The translations under genes were made by a program, and so were the position numbers. Shown here piece by piece: positions 45,732 through 60,101 of a stretch of 64,000 nucleotides of DNA; within the stretch, counting starts at the first letter, position 1, and every line of letters starts with the position of its first letter. The DNA is from Eledone cirrhosa (lineage: Eukaryota). The DNA is taken from contig OZ024757.1 in the NCBI GenBank assembly GCA_964016885.1, forward strand, positions 38,192,001-38,256,000, in the 5' to 3' direction. Below the pieces are notes generated by a model, which ran no database searches, was not told where the DNA came from, and was given only the letters and a program-made list of their open reading frames with translations.

Positions 45732-45835
45732 CTCACCATCATAGAAGACAATACTTTCTCTTCTCACTCGCCATCATCAGACAGAACACTTCCTCTTCTT
45801 CCTCACCATCATACGGGACAACGCTTTCCCTCCTT
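45732..45835. repeat. 35-bp degenerate tandem repeat x3
   Basis: CTC(A/G)CCATCAT at 45732, 45767, 45802. Confidence 0.75.
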
Positions 45836-45977
45836 GCTGTTATCTGGGGCCAAAAGAGTGTTTTGCTCAAACCGTGCGGCCTAGTGTCATTGAAGTAGCG
45901 ATGATCGTACATACACATATTTACATATATATATATATAATTTACTGAATTATTTCACGTGGAATGATTAGTTAAGA

Positions 45978-46112
45978 TAATTCTTTCTACTTTTGGCACA
46001 AGGTTTGCAATTATCCCAGTATATTACTGGTGCTTTATTTTATCGACACCGTAAGGATGAAAGGCTAAGTTAATCACGGCGCGATTTGAACTCAGATCAT
46101 ATAGGGCCGTAT
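45978..46112 (-). mobile_element. SINE, 5'-truncated
   Basis: Tail, core and GATTTGAACTC B-box on the minus strand. Confidence 0.88.
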
Positions 46113-46946
46113 GATCAGCTAAGATAGTGTTAATATCATGTAGACGGAACATTTATTTAAGGCGTATGTCAACTGATCCGGGAGTCCCTTTTGTTAGGTT
46201 TCTGAAATAATACATTACGATTCAAGCCCTTATTTGTGAAGGCGGTATGGTTTTACAAGAGGGTAATACGGCCATATCTAAAATGTTTACTATTTGTTGT
46301 CCCATTCGCATGCAAGTTTGACACCATACTTCAACATTAGAATATTTTGCTACGAGAAACAAACACTCTCTTTTGGTTGAAGTTACTTTCTCCACGGCCT
46401 GAGAAAAAGAATATCTCAGTTGGACAACTGTCTAATGAGTACAGAGGTCAGGTATGTTATCGACTAAAATATGTCATTGTATTTACGCCAAATACACCTA
46501 CTACTCTATAAATATAAGCAGTATTGTCTCGTCAAAGAAAGTTAACCGCATTTATCTCAAAGTTCCTCTAACTGACATCAGTATACGATTTGGTCGTTAT
46601 TGTTTCTACCAGAAATGATAGATGGTGAGGAGACACTTAAAATTGTTTATATTATACAAAGATTCAATGAATTTCAAACATAAATACGAGTGTACGTTTT
46701 GATAGCTTACTAATACAAATAATGTACAATTTAATGAAAATATAACGTAATGTCAGAGTTACATTAGAATGATAAATTACTGAGTATATACTGCCCAGCA
46801 AAAAGATAACGACAGACAATGTAACCAGAGAGTTAGAATACATACGTACACACGCACACACACACACACACACATACCCCCCCCCCCCCACACACACAAG
46901 TACACATTCATTCATGCACTAATATACTGTTCTATGCATAAGAAAG

Positions 46947-47085
46947 TTATTCCATTTAGCAAAGGTTTCACGAAGACAGACAAACTCAAGAGAAGTCTGA
47001 AATCGCACATCAGAATCTTAGGAGCGACTTCAGACGTATCTGATGAGCTCGTCTATCTTCGTGATACCTTTGGTAAATGGAATAA
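46947..47085. mobile_element. fold-back element (~60-bp arms) with degenerate hammerhead core
   Basis: TTATTCCATTTA.CAAAGGT.TCACGAAGA.AGAC.A.CTCA inverted; the right arm supplies CTGATGA and the left arm (reverse complement) supplies GAAAC. Confidence 0.75.
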
Positions 47086-47216
47086 TTGTCTTGTGTTGTT
47101 TATTACATAATATATATATATATTTAAAGGTTAAACAAGGTTCAATGAATAAATCAAAGAATGAGTTTTACAATAGATTCGAAGCACTCAACAGTAATGA
47201 TTTTCCGGAGTTATTA

Positions 47217-47553
47217 ATATTAATTCAAAATATTAACAAAATAGATATTCTTGTGATCAAGTATATTTTATTATGCATATTTCAGACGTACTGAGTTAAC
47301 TTCAACAGTATGTCCTCATCAGATAAAATAAGATGATGCATGACATACCCTGACATAGTAGATGGTTAAGAATCAGACATGGTACTACCAGGATTGAATC
47401 TTAACCATCTACTATGTCAGGGTATGTCATGCATCATCTTATTTTATCTGATGGGGACGTTCTGTTGAAGTTAACTAAGTACCTCTGAAATATGTATAAT
47501 TAAATATACTTGATCACAAAAATATCTATTTTGTTAATATTTTGAATTAATAT
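47217..47553. mobile_element. fold-back element (~155-bp arms, ~27-nt spacer)
   Basis: 47217-47371 is the reverse complement of 47399-47553 with scattered mismatches. Confidence 0.93.
47265..47329 (-). ncRNA. minimal type I hammerhead ribozyme motif
   Basis: ATTTTAT-CTGATGA-[GGACATACTG...CAGTACGTCT]-GAAA-TATGCA-TA-ATAAAAT: 7-bp stem I, intact core, ~9-bp stem II, 2-bp stem III; activity untested. Confidence 0.75.
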
Positions 47554-47613
47554 ATATATATGTATATATATATGGAGGAAGTTATAGTTCACTTGAAGCA
47601 TTGTGTCATGAGG

Positions 47614-47995
47614 TATAAACGTTTGAATTTGTAAAGCTAAACAATGCAGGTATGGACATAGAATAAAAAATGCGAATGCAAAAGATATTGTTGACAATTA
47701 GTCTTTTACCTTAGATTTATTTAAATGTCCTTAATTTTCGAGATATCTCTTCTTCGGCGGGAAGTAAAGCGGTTAAACCAGTGTTCTAAATAGCTTGCCA
47801 AGAGCATGGCTTGGCAAGCTATTTAGAACACTGGTTTAACCGCTTTACTGCCCTCTGAAGAAGAGATATTATCTCGAAAATTAAGGACATTTAAATAAAT
47901 CTAAGGTAAAAGACTAATTGTCAACAATATCTTTTGCATTCGCATTTTTTATTCTATGTCCATACCTGCATTGTTTTGGCTTTACAAATTCAAAC

Positions 47996-48002
<7 letters not shown>
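47614..48002. mobile_element. fold-back element (~190-bp arms, 7-nt loop)
   Basis: Arms 47614-47802 and 47810-48002 are near-perfect reverse complements. Confidence 0.95.
47849..47889 (+). ncRNA. candidate minimal hammerhead ribozyme motif
   Basis: TGCCCT-CTGAAGA-a[GAGAT-ATT-ATCTC]-GAAA-AT-TA-AGGACA, then AATAAA; stem III could only form in a dimer (AATT). Confidence 0.5.
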
Positions 48003-48041
<39 letters not shown>

Positions 48042-48427
48042 CCGAATGCGGTTGACGTCTGAGACGTGTACTCAAAACCAAATTGTAGTTTCAATATTTA
48101 CATTTATTAAAGCTAATAGGTGTGTCTAGTCACTCTGGAGTTTCGGCTGTTTAGCGCAGGGCATATATACACAGATACAGGAGTTTTCCTTTTCAGTTAC
48201 TTTCGTTCAATGAAACATGTAAATGTTTGTAATATATTCACATTGTACAGTGTATTGCTGATCTGTTTATATGTATATATATATATATATATATGTATAC
48301 GTGTGTGTATATATGTGTGTGTGAATATATATATATATATGTGTATATATATATATATATGTATGTGTGTGTATATATGTGTATATGTGTGTGTGTGTAT
48401 ATCTGTGTGTGTTTATATATATGTCTG

Positions 48428-48458
<31 letters not shown>

Positions 48459-48459
48459 A

Positions 48460-48496
<37 letters not shown>

Positions 48497-48500
<4 letters not shown>

Positions 48501-48683
48501 GTTTCTACGTTTAGCACAAGGCCAGTAAATACCCAGTGCATTACTGGTACTTTATTTTATCGACCCCGTAAGGTTGAAAGGCAAAGTCAACCTCGGCGGG
48601 ATTTGAACTGAGATCATAAAGGGACGTAACTATGCTGGAAAGCATGTTGTCCGACCCTCTCCCGATACTGCCAATCTACCGCC
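48497..48683 (-). mobile_element. tRNA-derived SINE, full length
   Basis: Complete reverse-complement consensus. Confidence 0.95.
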
Positions 48684-48734
48684 CGTAGTAATAATAATAA
48701 TAATAATAAGCGCACGATTTGTTATGTCTCCATT

Positions 48735-48802
48735 ACGTTTATTCATTACGAGTAATGACGCATGTTTCGCTATACAACTATGTTGTATTGCAGAGAATTA
48801 CG
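48735..48802 (-). mobile_element. decayed hammerhead / Penelope-like terminal fragment
   Basis: GTAAT-(core lost)-GC.ATACAAC-ata-GTTGTAT.GC-GAAAC-ATGC-GTC-ATTAC...AATAAA. Confidence 0.55.
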
Positions 48803-49168
48803 TGACAGAACAGCTGCGTTCTTCGGAAATAGGTGAAGTCATGAGGAAGTAATACACTTCATTTATGAAACCAACGCAAAATACAAAACCTTCTAGCAGA
48901 AAATAAACAAGAAATTACAAACTGCGGCTGTGAATTGGTTTTATATAGGTGAGATCTACTGACTTTACTAAAGGATATTTGTCAACATTCGAAGACGAAG
49001 CGTGCAATCGATAAATGCCATGTATATTTAGAAAATGTTATATACATTTTACTGGTATATATATTTATCACGCCTATCATAAATATAGATTTATTAAGAT
49101 TATTATGAGGGTCATTGTCGTTGCCTTGTCACACAAACTTACACACATACACACACAGACACAGACAC

Positions 49169-49203
<35 letters not shown>

Positions 49204-49260
49204 ATAATTCCAGAGGAAAACCAAAAGAAAAAAGAGTGCTCTATGTATAGAACAGAGCTA

Positions 49261-49412
49261 TTTAATTAGAAAGTGAGCAACACAAAACAAAACTACTCCA
49301 TACATAACAACTCTCTCTGACGAACGATCCAGACCTATATTATTATCGTCTATGATCTAGAAACTTTTTGCAATGGAGTAGTTATATTTTATGTTGCTCA
49401 CTTAATAATTAA

Positions 49413-49413
<1 letters not shown>
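49261..49413. mobile_element. fold-back element with central hammerhead core
   Basis: AAGTGAGCAACA.AAAA.A.AACTACTCCAT inverted at 49373-49403; centre CTGACGA (49317) - GATC..AGAC/GTCT..GATC stem - GAAAC (49360). Confidence 0.75.
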
Positions 49414-49465
<52 letters not shown>

Positions 49466-50171
49466 TATGGTTTTATTCTTCAACACCACCGGACACATAC
49501 ATACACACTGGCATACATTTATCACGGAACGAACAAGTACCTCCACCAATATCAACATCTAGGGTTGTTGGCAAATACAAATTAAACTACGTGACACAGC
49601 ATCGTATCGATTGATAAACTGATTGTTGTCTTGCGTATGAATCGAATCTATCACATGTTTTACTTGTTGGGAGAAAATGTGAACTGACTGGAGAGTAAAT
49701 ATTGAACTATTTCATGTTATCTCTAGTGGACATCTGCCGTCAATGATGGTGACAATAGCAACGTATTAATCTTTTGAAATCTAGGAATGTTATGCCATAT
49801 TAAACAGTATTAGAGGATATATGAACACATACCGTATAAACTAGAGAAGTTGCATTTTGATAAAATAATGGTTTGCATTGGTGTCAGTCGGATGGTTGTA
49901 AGAGGTAAAAGAGTATTTAAAAGACCGATAGTTTTTGTTGATTACTGAATCATGAGAGGTAATGAGTGCGAATTTATATTCTTAAAAACCCATGATGTGT
50001 TGCGTCATATAAAACGTTCGATTCATCGAATTCAAACTGACCCCGAATAATTAAACAGTTCGAGAAATTAAACACTTAACTTGATCTTAAAGTTTACATA
50101 TTTAGCGTATGTTGGTATCTTTTATGAAATTAAATATTTTCGAAAATAAACGTAGTAAGCTGTTTCAAGAT

Positions 50172-50331
50172 CATTAGTGTCGGATGCCATGCTTTGACGC
50201 ATAGAGTTACGGCCCTTGCCATTCTGAGTTCAAATCCCGCCGAGGTTAACTTTCCTTACGGGGTCGATAAAATAAAGTACCAGTAATACACTGGGTAATT
50301 TGTGACCTTGTGCCTAACGTAGAAACAATTA
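50172..50331 (+). mobile_element. SINE with small internal deletion
   Basis: B-box, partial core, tail. Confidence 0.9.
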
Positions 50332-51141
50332 CTGACACATAAGACTTGATGGTTGCGAAGCGAAATTCTTAAACTCCCAAGCTATGTCATATAAAACTTT
50401 CAATTAATCAAATTGAAACTGATCCTGAATAAATAGAAAGGACTCTTAGAAAAAGAGATCTCAGTTTTGATATATTTTTGCGTAACCTGAGAACTTTTAA
50501 GAAATTAAATATTTAGAAAACAACTTTGGTAAGCTGCTTTCAGACACCGTGGTAAGACTTTATTTCGCTTTTGTTGACTTGGAATATATCGAATGAAGAG
50601 TGGCTGTATTTATCTTATCAACCACGTCCCTAATATCTATAATATATCAATGTATATCCTATGCTGAAAGGGATATTATATAAATTACTTAGATATCCAT
50701 TCTACTGCATATATAGTTGATTTCTTGAAGGTTCATTTTACTTTACAAATCGCTAAACTGAAGATTTATAAGCTTTTCAAATTCCTGAAAATTTTTTATT
50801 ATTATTCGCAAGTAAATAGCTGACTTGATTTGATTTCACTCCGGCTCTTGACAAGAGAGTTCCAGTCTAATTTGATATGAAGAACAACCGCAAGATATAT
50901 CACTTTTTTTTCTATTCTTTGTATATTCTCATCTTGATTTCCCCTTCTGTTACTGTCAATATAAGTTACGTCTGAATTATAATGAAGTTTCAATATCTTT
51001 ACGTTGACATGAAGTAAGCTTAACTTATTCTTGCCTTGTTGAGCACACTTCTACAAGATGGATTATCAAAATGAAGATCCCTCAGCTGTCAATACATACA
51101 TATATACATGCAGATGAAGCTAAAATATTCACACATGTTAT

Positions 51142-51173
<32 letters not shown>

Positions 51174-51177
51174 ACAC

Positions 51178-51211
<34 letters not shown>

Positions 51212-51539
51212 TCAGTAACATGAAAACTATTATAGTTTAATTCCAGGTTTATTATAAAATGTAACGAACAGCACTCTAACGTGCTATTAAGATTTTATAA
51301 AAGCTACAACGTAGAAAGTTTCGTGAAATCTCTTCAATCACTAACGTTACCTGTGAGTGGTTCATGTCGCAGCTGCCGTCGTTTGCAACGAAGTGCAACA
51401 TTCAGTTGTTCAATCAACGTCATACACACGTACAATTAATGTAATAACTAAACGAATTGAAAGTTTCAGGTTGCGCAACAGAGATTCATGTACACATCAT
51501 CAGGTGGATATCCTCACACCGACGCTAGGGTAGGGTAAA

Positions 51540-51870
51540 GAAACATGATGAAGAGATCGAACTCTTGATCTTATGATAGCAAATCGAACTGCTAAACCAG
51601 TCATGTCTGCTTTCAATCTGTGACCATCAGATGCATGTCCAAATGTCACTAACTCACAAGGTGTAGGTAAACAGGAGGCTACTGTAAAGACACATGCTGA
51701 AGACATCACAAAGGCATCTTGCAGAGATCAATCACAAAGGCTGGGGCATTTTGAAGAGATCATACAGCTGGGGCGACTTGAAGCTCACGTAAAGACACAT
51801 GCCAAACAGATCTAATGCAGGGACTTCGTGATTACGAATTGAACTGCTAAAACAATCACTCATGTGTGCA
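51540..51870 (-). mobile_element. possible old SINE remnants of a second family
   Basis: GTAAAGACACATGC twice and GAACTGCTAAAC/AAC twice; too decayed to classify. Confidence 0.35.
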
Positions 51871-51897
51871 TCCAGTCTGTGAAACTTATATATATAG

Positions 51898-51980
<83 letters not shown>

Positions 51981-52264
51981 TACATGCTTCCTATGTCTAT
52001 AGTTGGGGCTACAAGAATGATAGCAGTCCCAATCCAATTTAGGGATGAGAACATCACGCTAATCGAAAAACAGGCAGTAATGTTGTGATAGCACGACAAT
52101 TTGAGATATCTACTTAGCCAAGCATTAAACGCCTCAGCTGAGTGTATTGACAATCTCCACCAGCAAATTGGATAATACCAATTCGACTACGAGGTTTGCT
52201 ATGTGTAAAATATCACGTACTAAAATGTACATAACAATATCATTATGAAGCAATATACGTATTG

Positions 52265-52289
52265 ATATATATATATATATATATGTATG

Positions 52290-52341
<52 letters not shown>

Positions 52342-52345
52342 CATC

Positions 52346-52393
<48 letters not shown>

Positions 52394-52397
52394 CATC

Positions 52398-52459
<62 letters not shown>

Positions 52460-52463
52460 CATC

Positions 52464-52495
<32 letters not shown>

Positions 52496-52511
52496 TATAT
52501 ACATGTACATC

Positions 52512-52569
<58 letters not shown>

Positions 52570-52573
52570 TATA

Positions 52574-52630
<57 letters not shown>

Positions 52631-52822
52631 GTATATATATACATATATATATGTACATGTATACATATATATGTATATATATATATATGTATATATATAC
52701 ATATATATATGTACATGTATACATATATATGTATATATATATATATGTATATATATACATATATATATGTACATGTATACATATATATGTATATATATGT
52801 ATATATATATATACATATATAT
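52265..52822. repeat. (TA)n array with CATGTACAT interruptions
   Basis: Direct inspection. Confidence 0.97.
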
Positions 52823-53691
52823 AATAACTTTGAATAATAACTTTGAAATGTTTTGGCCAGTATTGGCCCGGGCCATGTCTAACTTAATAGCACCACCTGG
52901 CGAAGTCTTTCAATTCAGGATTTGGGCACCATGGCCCATTCGAGAAGAGAATTACTGTTTGCGGAGACATATCCGGGTGTGGGTGGTTTGTCCGGGATTA
53001 CTTGGAGGAATTTGTCCAAAGACTTCTTGAATTTTGTGTGGTCAGTTTCTGTTTTGACGTGTCCTGGTGTGATGTTGAAGAGAGCAGGGCCGATTGAGGT
53101 GAAATAATTGTGCCGTATTGTTGTTATCAGTTGCGATTTAGATTTTTGAATGGGACGGATAGCACGGGGCCCAAGCCTTGGGTGTATCTTGAAGGCGATG
53201 CCAACATCATTTGGGCAGTGATGATGGAACATTTTCCACATCATGCAGATAATATAACGCTCACGGCGACGTTGGAGTGAGTAAAGTTTTAGGTTTTCTA
53301 ATCGACCCCAGTAGTCAAGGTCTGACATGCCATCTATCTTTTTCGTGATTGCCCTTTGAGGAGCTTCAAGTTTCATGATACTTTGTTTCGTGTGGGGAGA
53401 CCACAGTGGACAACAGTATTCAAGGTGTGGTCGGGCAAAAGTAGAGAAGAGAAGGATAATGGTGTGGGAATCTCTCGACTGGAAGGTTCTGAGGATCCAG
53501 GAACACATTCTGCGGGCCATGTCAACTTTGCTGCTTATATGCGTGGTCCAGCTTATGTTGCTGTCCACGGTTACTCCCAAGTCTCTGAAGGTGTTAGATG
53601 CCACGAGAGTTTCCCCGGAGGGAAGGGAGTACGGGAGTTTCAGAGCATCCTCTTTTCCAAAGTGGATCAGTTCGAATTTGTCTTCGTTCAG
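52823..53691 (-). mobile_element. 5'-truncated CR1-group LINE, uninterrupted RT C-terminal ORF (~258 aa)
   Basis: [12 protein letters not shown]...RDLGVTVD...[13 protein letters not shown]...QRAITKKI...[16 protein letters not shown]...GPALFN; stop at 52915; 3' tail (TTCAAAGTTATTA)x2; both ends in (TA)n. Confidence 0.95.
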
Positions 53692-55565
<1,874 letters not shown>

Positions 55566-56340
55566 TGGATCTTGTCTGTAGGTGTGAAAAAGCTAAAGAG
55601 GAGTTGAAACAGGTGTGAAACCTGGTATTGATGTTTGCTATTAATAACCTAATTGATGTAAATAGTATATCAAGTTAGACCTACATCTCCTTATAACCAC
55701 ATCCAACCTTTTTAAACCTGCTTAGCTCCATAGACAACTAATTAAATTCATTTCACAGGTGTATTGAACAACAAAGGAACGAATTTAGAACAATTTCCTG
55801 TAAATATATCAGATACCAATATGAAAATTAGTGACAATAAACGGTTCCAGGTGAAATAACGGGTGATGTCAAAGAAATCTCAAAAAACCTACTACGTCTA
55901 CTTATTTATACCATATATCGATACATCATATTGTATCAATTAGATTAATTAAATATTGTGAAAATATATTGAACAGGAAATAATAGCAACGTGGATACCA
56001 CATATGATTTATTCACGTTTGTTTACTCAAAGATATGGAATAACAACAGGAAGTAATTATTTCATTATACTTGGCTATACAGGTAACCGGATGCAGTAGC
56101 GACTCGTCTCGTTTAACAATGGACATTTACCTACAGTTTGTGTTTGATATTTTTGTAATTATTAGTATATTTTTGTAATTAGTAGTGTTTTTGTTGTGTG
56201 TTTTTTGTCCACAGTACTTTCACAAAAGACGCACCTAATACGACAGTCCAACATTGAATGATTCCATCATCATAAACACCACACTAGCCTACCCTTTTAT
56301 TATCTACTTAATATATTACTATAATCATAAATAATATCAT

Positions 56341-56810
56341 CTCTCTCTCTTACCTCTTTCTCGTTTTGTCTCTCTCTCTTTCTCTTTCTCGTTCTATCTC
56401 TCTTTCTCTCCGTCTCTTGCTCTCTTTGTCTCTCACTCTCTCTGTCTCTTGCTCTCTCTGTCTCTTGCTATCTCTGTGTCTCGCTCTTTTTGTCTCTCGC
56501 TCTTTTTGTCTCTCGCTCTCTTTGTCTCTCGTTCTCTCTGTCTCTTGCTCTCTTTGTATCTCGCTCTCTCTGTCTCTTGTTCTCTTTGTCTCTCGCTCTC
56601 TCTGTCTCTTGCTCTCTTTGTCTCTCGCTCTATCTGCTTCTTGCTCTCTCTGTCTCTTGCTCTCTCTGTCTCTTGCTCTCTCAGTTTCTCTCTTTCTCTG
56701 TCTCCCTCTCTCGCTCACTCTCTGTCTCGCTCATTGTTTCTGTTCCCCTCTCTCTCACTCTCGCTCACTATATCTCTCTCTCTCTCGCCTAATCTCCCAA
56801 TCTCTCTCTA
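56341..56810. repeat. (CT)n-derived ~14-bp minisatellite (TCTCTTGCTCTCTCTG-like)
   Basis: Direct inspection. Confidence 0.93.
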
Positions 56811-57030
56811 TCTCTATTCATTATTTTTACCCCCACTGTTGAAATTACCCCCACATTTATATATACATACATATTTTTCTAACAACAAATAAAATTACAT
56901 AGTTGTTCATGTGTGTCAACTGACTTGATTTGAAAAGGTGTGTTGAAACTAAAGCAATTACTTCCTGGAATATAATTTCATCTATTAAAAAAAACATTGT
57001 AAACATCTGTGAAATCTCTTTACAACGACC

Positions 57031-57078
<48 letters not shown>

Positions 57079-57168
57079 AAAACGACAACAGAAGGCCGTA
57101 CGGGAAAATAGGTTGTAAATTTAAATTCCGTGAAATCACTATACTTATTTCAATGGGCCAGCTCCATC

Positions 57169-57206
<38 letters not shown>

Positions 57207-57517
57207 TGTGTACACATTGGAGTTAAACGTTCCGTCGCTGTCTAGACTAACTGTTCAATCCTTATAATTAGAAGAGCCGCCTGTTTCGTTCATTGAGCAA
57301 TAGGACACCCACATAGTCCATACTGAACGAGGTCAATTCTGTTACAACACTTGCTCTACCTGGTACCACTGACGTTGAAAATTTAAGAGTCATTAGCTTT
57401 TCTAACATTATCTCTAACATGTATACTTCTCAGCTTTATTAGAAACTGGGCCATTAATTTCTTTATAATTCAACCAAAATACTAAATAGTTGCAGACGAA
57501 GGAGAACGTCAAATATA

Positions 57518-57675
57518 TGGGCCCAGTATTTTTCTGGTATATTTTTTATATTGACCTCAGACGGATGAAAGCAAAGGTGATAGATGTGATATCTTGAATC
57601 AGAAACTAAAGAGCTCAAATAATTAACTTCAGGCATTCCTCTTTTTGACGCTGTAGATATTCTGCCATTCAACCT
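57518..57675 (-). mobile_element. old diverged SINE copy
   Basis: CCCAGTA...CTGGTA...GACC...GGATGAAAGCAAAG...TTCTGCCATTC. Confidence 0.55.
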
Positions 57676-58744
57676 CCCAACGTTAAGACTTAAGATAAAA
57701 ATGCTTCATTTACTCTTTAGATGTGGAAGAAATTAGGATTTTTTTTGTTATTTTAGGGGATGCAAAATGTTTGGAGGAGGGAGAATATGTTCAACTTGTA
57801 TAAGAGGCCCTTATATCCTATCAATTAATCAGATTATTTGCATCCCACCTTGCTCTTGTTCCAATCCCCCCCACCACTGCTTATTAAATTATTCTAATCA
57901 ATCTCCCAGGAAATTTTATTTTAACTGGTAGTATTCCTGTGACGATTCATTTTCTTTAGACAATTAAAGAAAACGCATTTTACATAACAAAAATGTTACA
58001 TAACTTGAAATCCCAGACATTATGACATAAATAAGATAGTTAATGGGGTCTGAATATCTAAACCCAATCACCAATTGTGTTTAAAAAAAAATTAACGCTG
58101 ACAACCATGAAAAGTTAGGGATTTTCCAAAACCCACCTTATTATTTGGAACCGAAGAGTAGCAGATTACATCTACATCCTCAAAGCTAGAACATGTCCAG
58201 TAATTTTCGAAGTATTAATATGAAAAATTAATACAGCTTTTCTAAAAATATTAGTTATGTAAACAACTACTTTTTATATTTGGTGATGGTCATGTTGTCT
58301 GGTTTGTTTTGCACTTCAGTATATTTTTAAATTTCTCTAAATAACGGCTCTTACAAATTATTGCCAATGCAACGGCAAAGGATTGAAAATTATTATTACA
58401 TCAAAACTGTTAACAAATTTATCACGAGGAGGGAAATTAATTCCGAAATATAATATTAAATTAAAATTACAAGAAAATAAGTACATAACTAATAGAAATT
58501 TGCTATCTGAACTAAATCCTCTGAACAGCAACTACCAATTACCAACGAATGAATAGAAGAAATCATTAACGTTGTTATCGTTTGGAAGTGACTAATTCTA
58601 GAAATAGAATTGTTACTGTCTACAAAATAAGTGATCTTACTAGAAAGACACCAACCAGTGTAATCTACGTGACACGTAGACTGATGTACCTCACCTTCAA
58701 TTAATTCGTCAATAATATTTGTTTACCAATACCCTTTACATTGC

Positions 58745-58895
58745 ACACATATACACAAACACTCACGCATACATACACACACACACATTTATATATATAT
58801 ACACATATATATATAAATATATATTTATTTACACACACATTTATATATATATATATACATATATATATAAATATATATTTATTTACACACACATT

Positions 58896-58927
<32 letters not shown>

Positions 58928-59009
58928 AATATATATTTATTTACACACACATTTATATATATACACATATATATATATATATAAATATATATTTATTTTC
59001 ACAAACATT

Positions 59010-59060
<51 letters not shown>

Positions 59061-59154
59061 TTATATATATATATATACACACATTTATATATATATATAC
59101 ACACACATATATATATATTTTAACACACACACATTTATTTATTTATATATATAT
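58745..59154. repeat. TA/CA compound minisatellite
   Basis: Recurrent ATAAATATATATTTATTTACACACACATTTATATA. Confidence 0.93.
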
Positions 59155-59262
59155 CCATTGCTCGTAATTAACCCCCCAATCAAAGCAACTTTTACTGACC
59201 AGCATATGAACATTAGACTTTTTCGTACGCCATGTATATTCATGGTGTCATTACTACCACAA

Positions 59263-59349
59263 TGGTCCGACGAGCCATTGTTTACAGGGTCGGGTTTGAT
59301 CGATACAGATCGAACCTTGAGCTGATCAATTGCGAAACGCGCGTCACCA
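59263..59349 (+). ncRNA. type I hammerhead ribozyme motif with extended stem II (Penelope-like)
   Basis: TGGT-CCGACGA-[GCCATTG...GGTTTGATC-gataca-GATCGAACC...CAATTGC]-GAAAC-GCGC-GTC-ACCA, AATAAA at 59353; core has C instead of U at position 4. Confidence 0.75.
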
Positions 59350-59387
59350 AACAATAAACGTATTGAAGGAGTAACCATTCGCCCTTG

Positions 59388-59427
<40 letters not shown>

Positions 59428-59615
59428 GGGCGGTGGATTGGCAGTATCGGTAGAGAGTCGGACGCCATGCTTTCCAGCCTTACGTCCCGTTACAGTCTGA
59501 GTTCAAATCCCTCCGAGGCTCACTTTGCCTTTCATCCTTACGGGGTCGATAAAATAACGTACCAGTCACGCACTGGGTATTTGCTGGCCTTGTGCCAAAA
59601 GTAGAAACAATTATT
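59428..59615 (+). mobile_element. tRNA-derived SINE, short subfamily
   Basis: Full head, B-box, core, tail into (ATT)n. Confidence 0.94.
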
Positions 59616-59617
59616 AT

Positions 59618-59665
<48 letters not shown>

Positions 59666-60101
59666 AAATCAGTAAAGTCCCTTAATTGAGTCTGGCAAAC
59701 CCTAGTGTTTATAGTTAGTATACATTTACCCCAGCGAATCTGGTCCCTCATAATTTGAACACAAATATGTATATATCTGTATATATATCTCTTTATTATA
59801 TTGAATTATATATATATATAATATTAATAAATGGAAACTATCTTTATAAAACCATATTTATTTTATTAAATATACTTCAAGGGTACCAACATTTTTATTA
59901 CGCTCTCATCAGATAAAATACAAAAGTTGTTTTACAGATAGTGACATATCCAAACATGAACTTATCGTTTTAAGTTCAGATATGAAAGAAACTATGAACC
60001 TGTATCTCTAGGTAATTATTGAATAATAGAACGAAGGTGATTCAAAGAAAATCGTACAGAGTCTGTAGTAACGAACCGTCTAAAGAAATTAGAGAAATAT
60101 T

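Noticed and set aside
46150-46600. Possible mariner transposase C-terminal relic (KL...WD)
   Set aside because: Multiple stops and no DD34D motif or TIR recognisable.
59428-59515. tRNA genes at SINE heads
   Set aside because: A/B boxes are present but there is no complete cloverleaf, and they continue into SINE core and tail.
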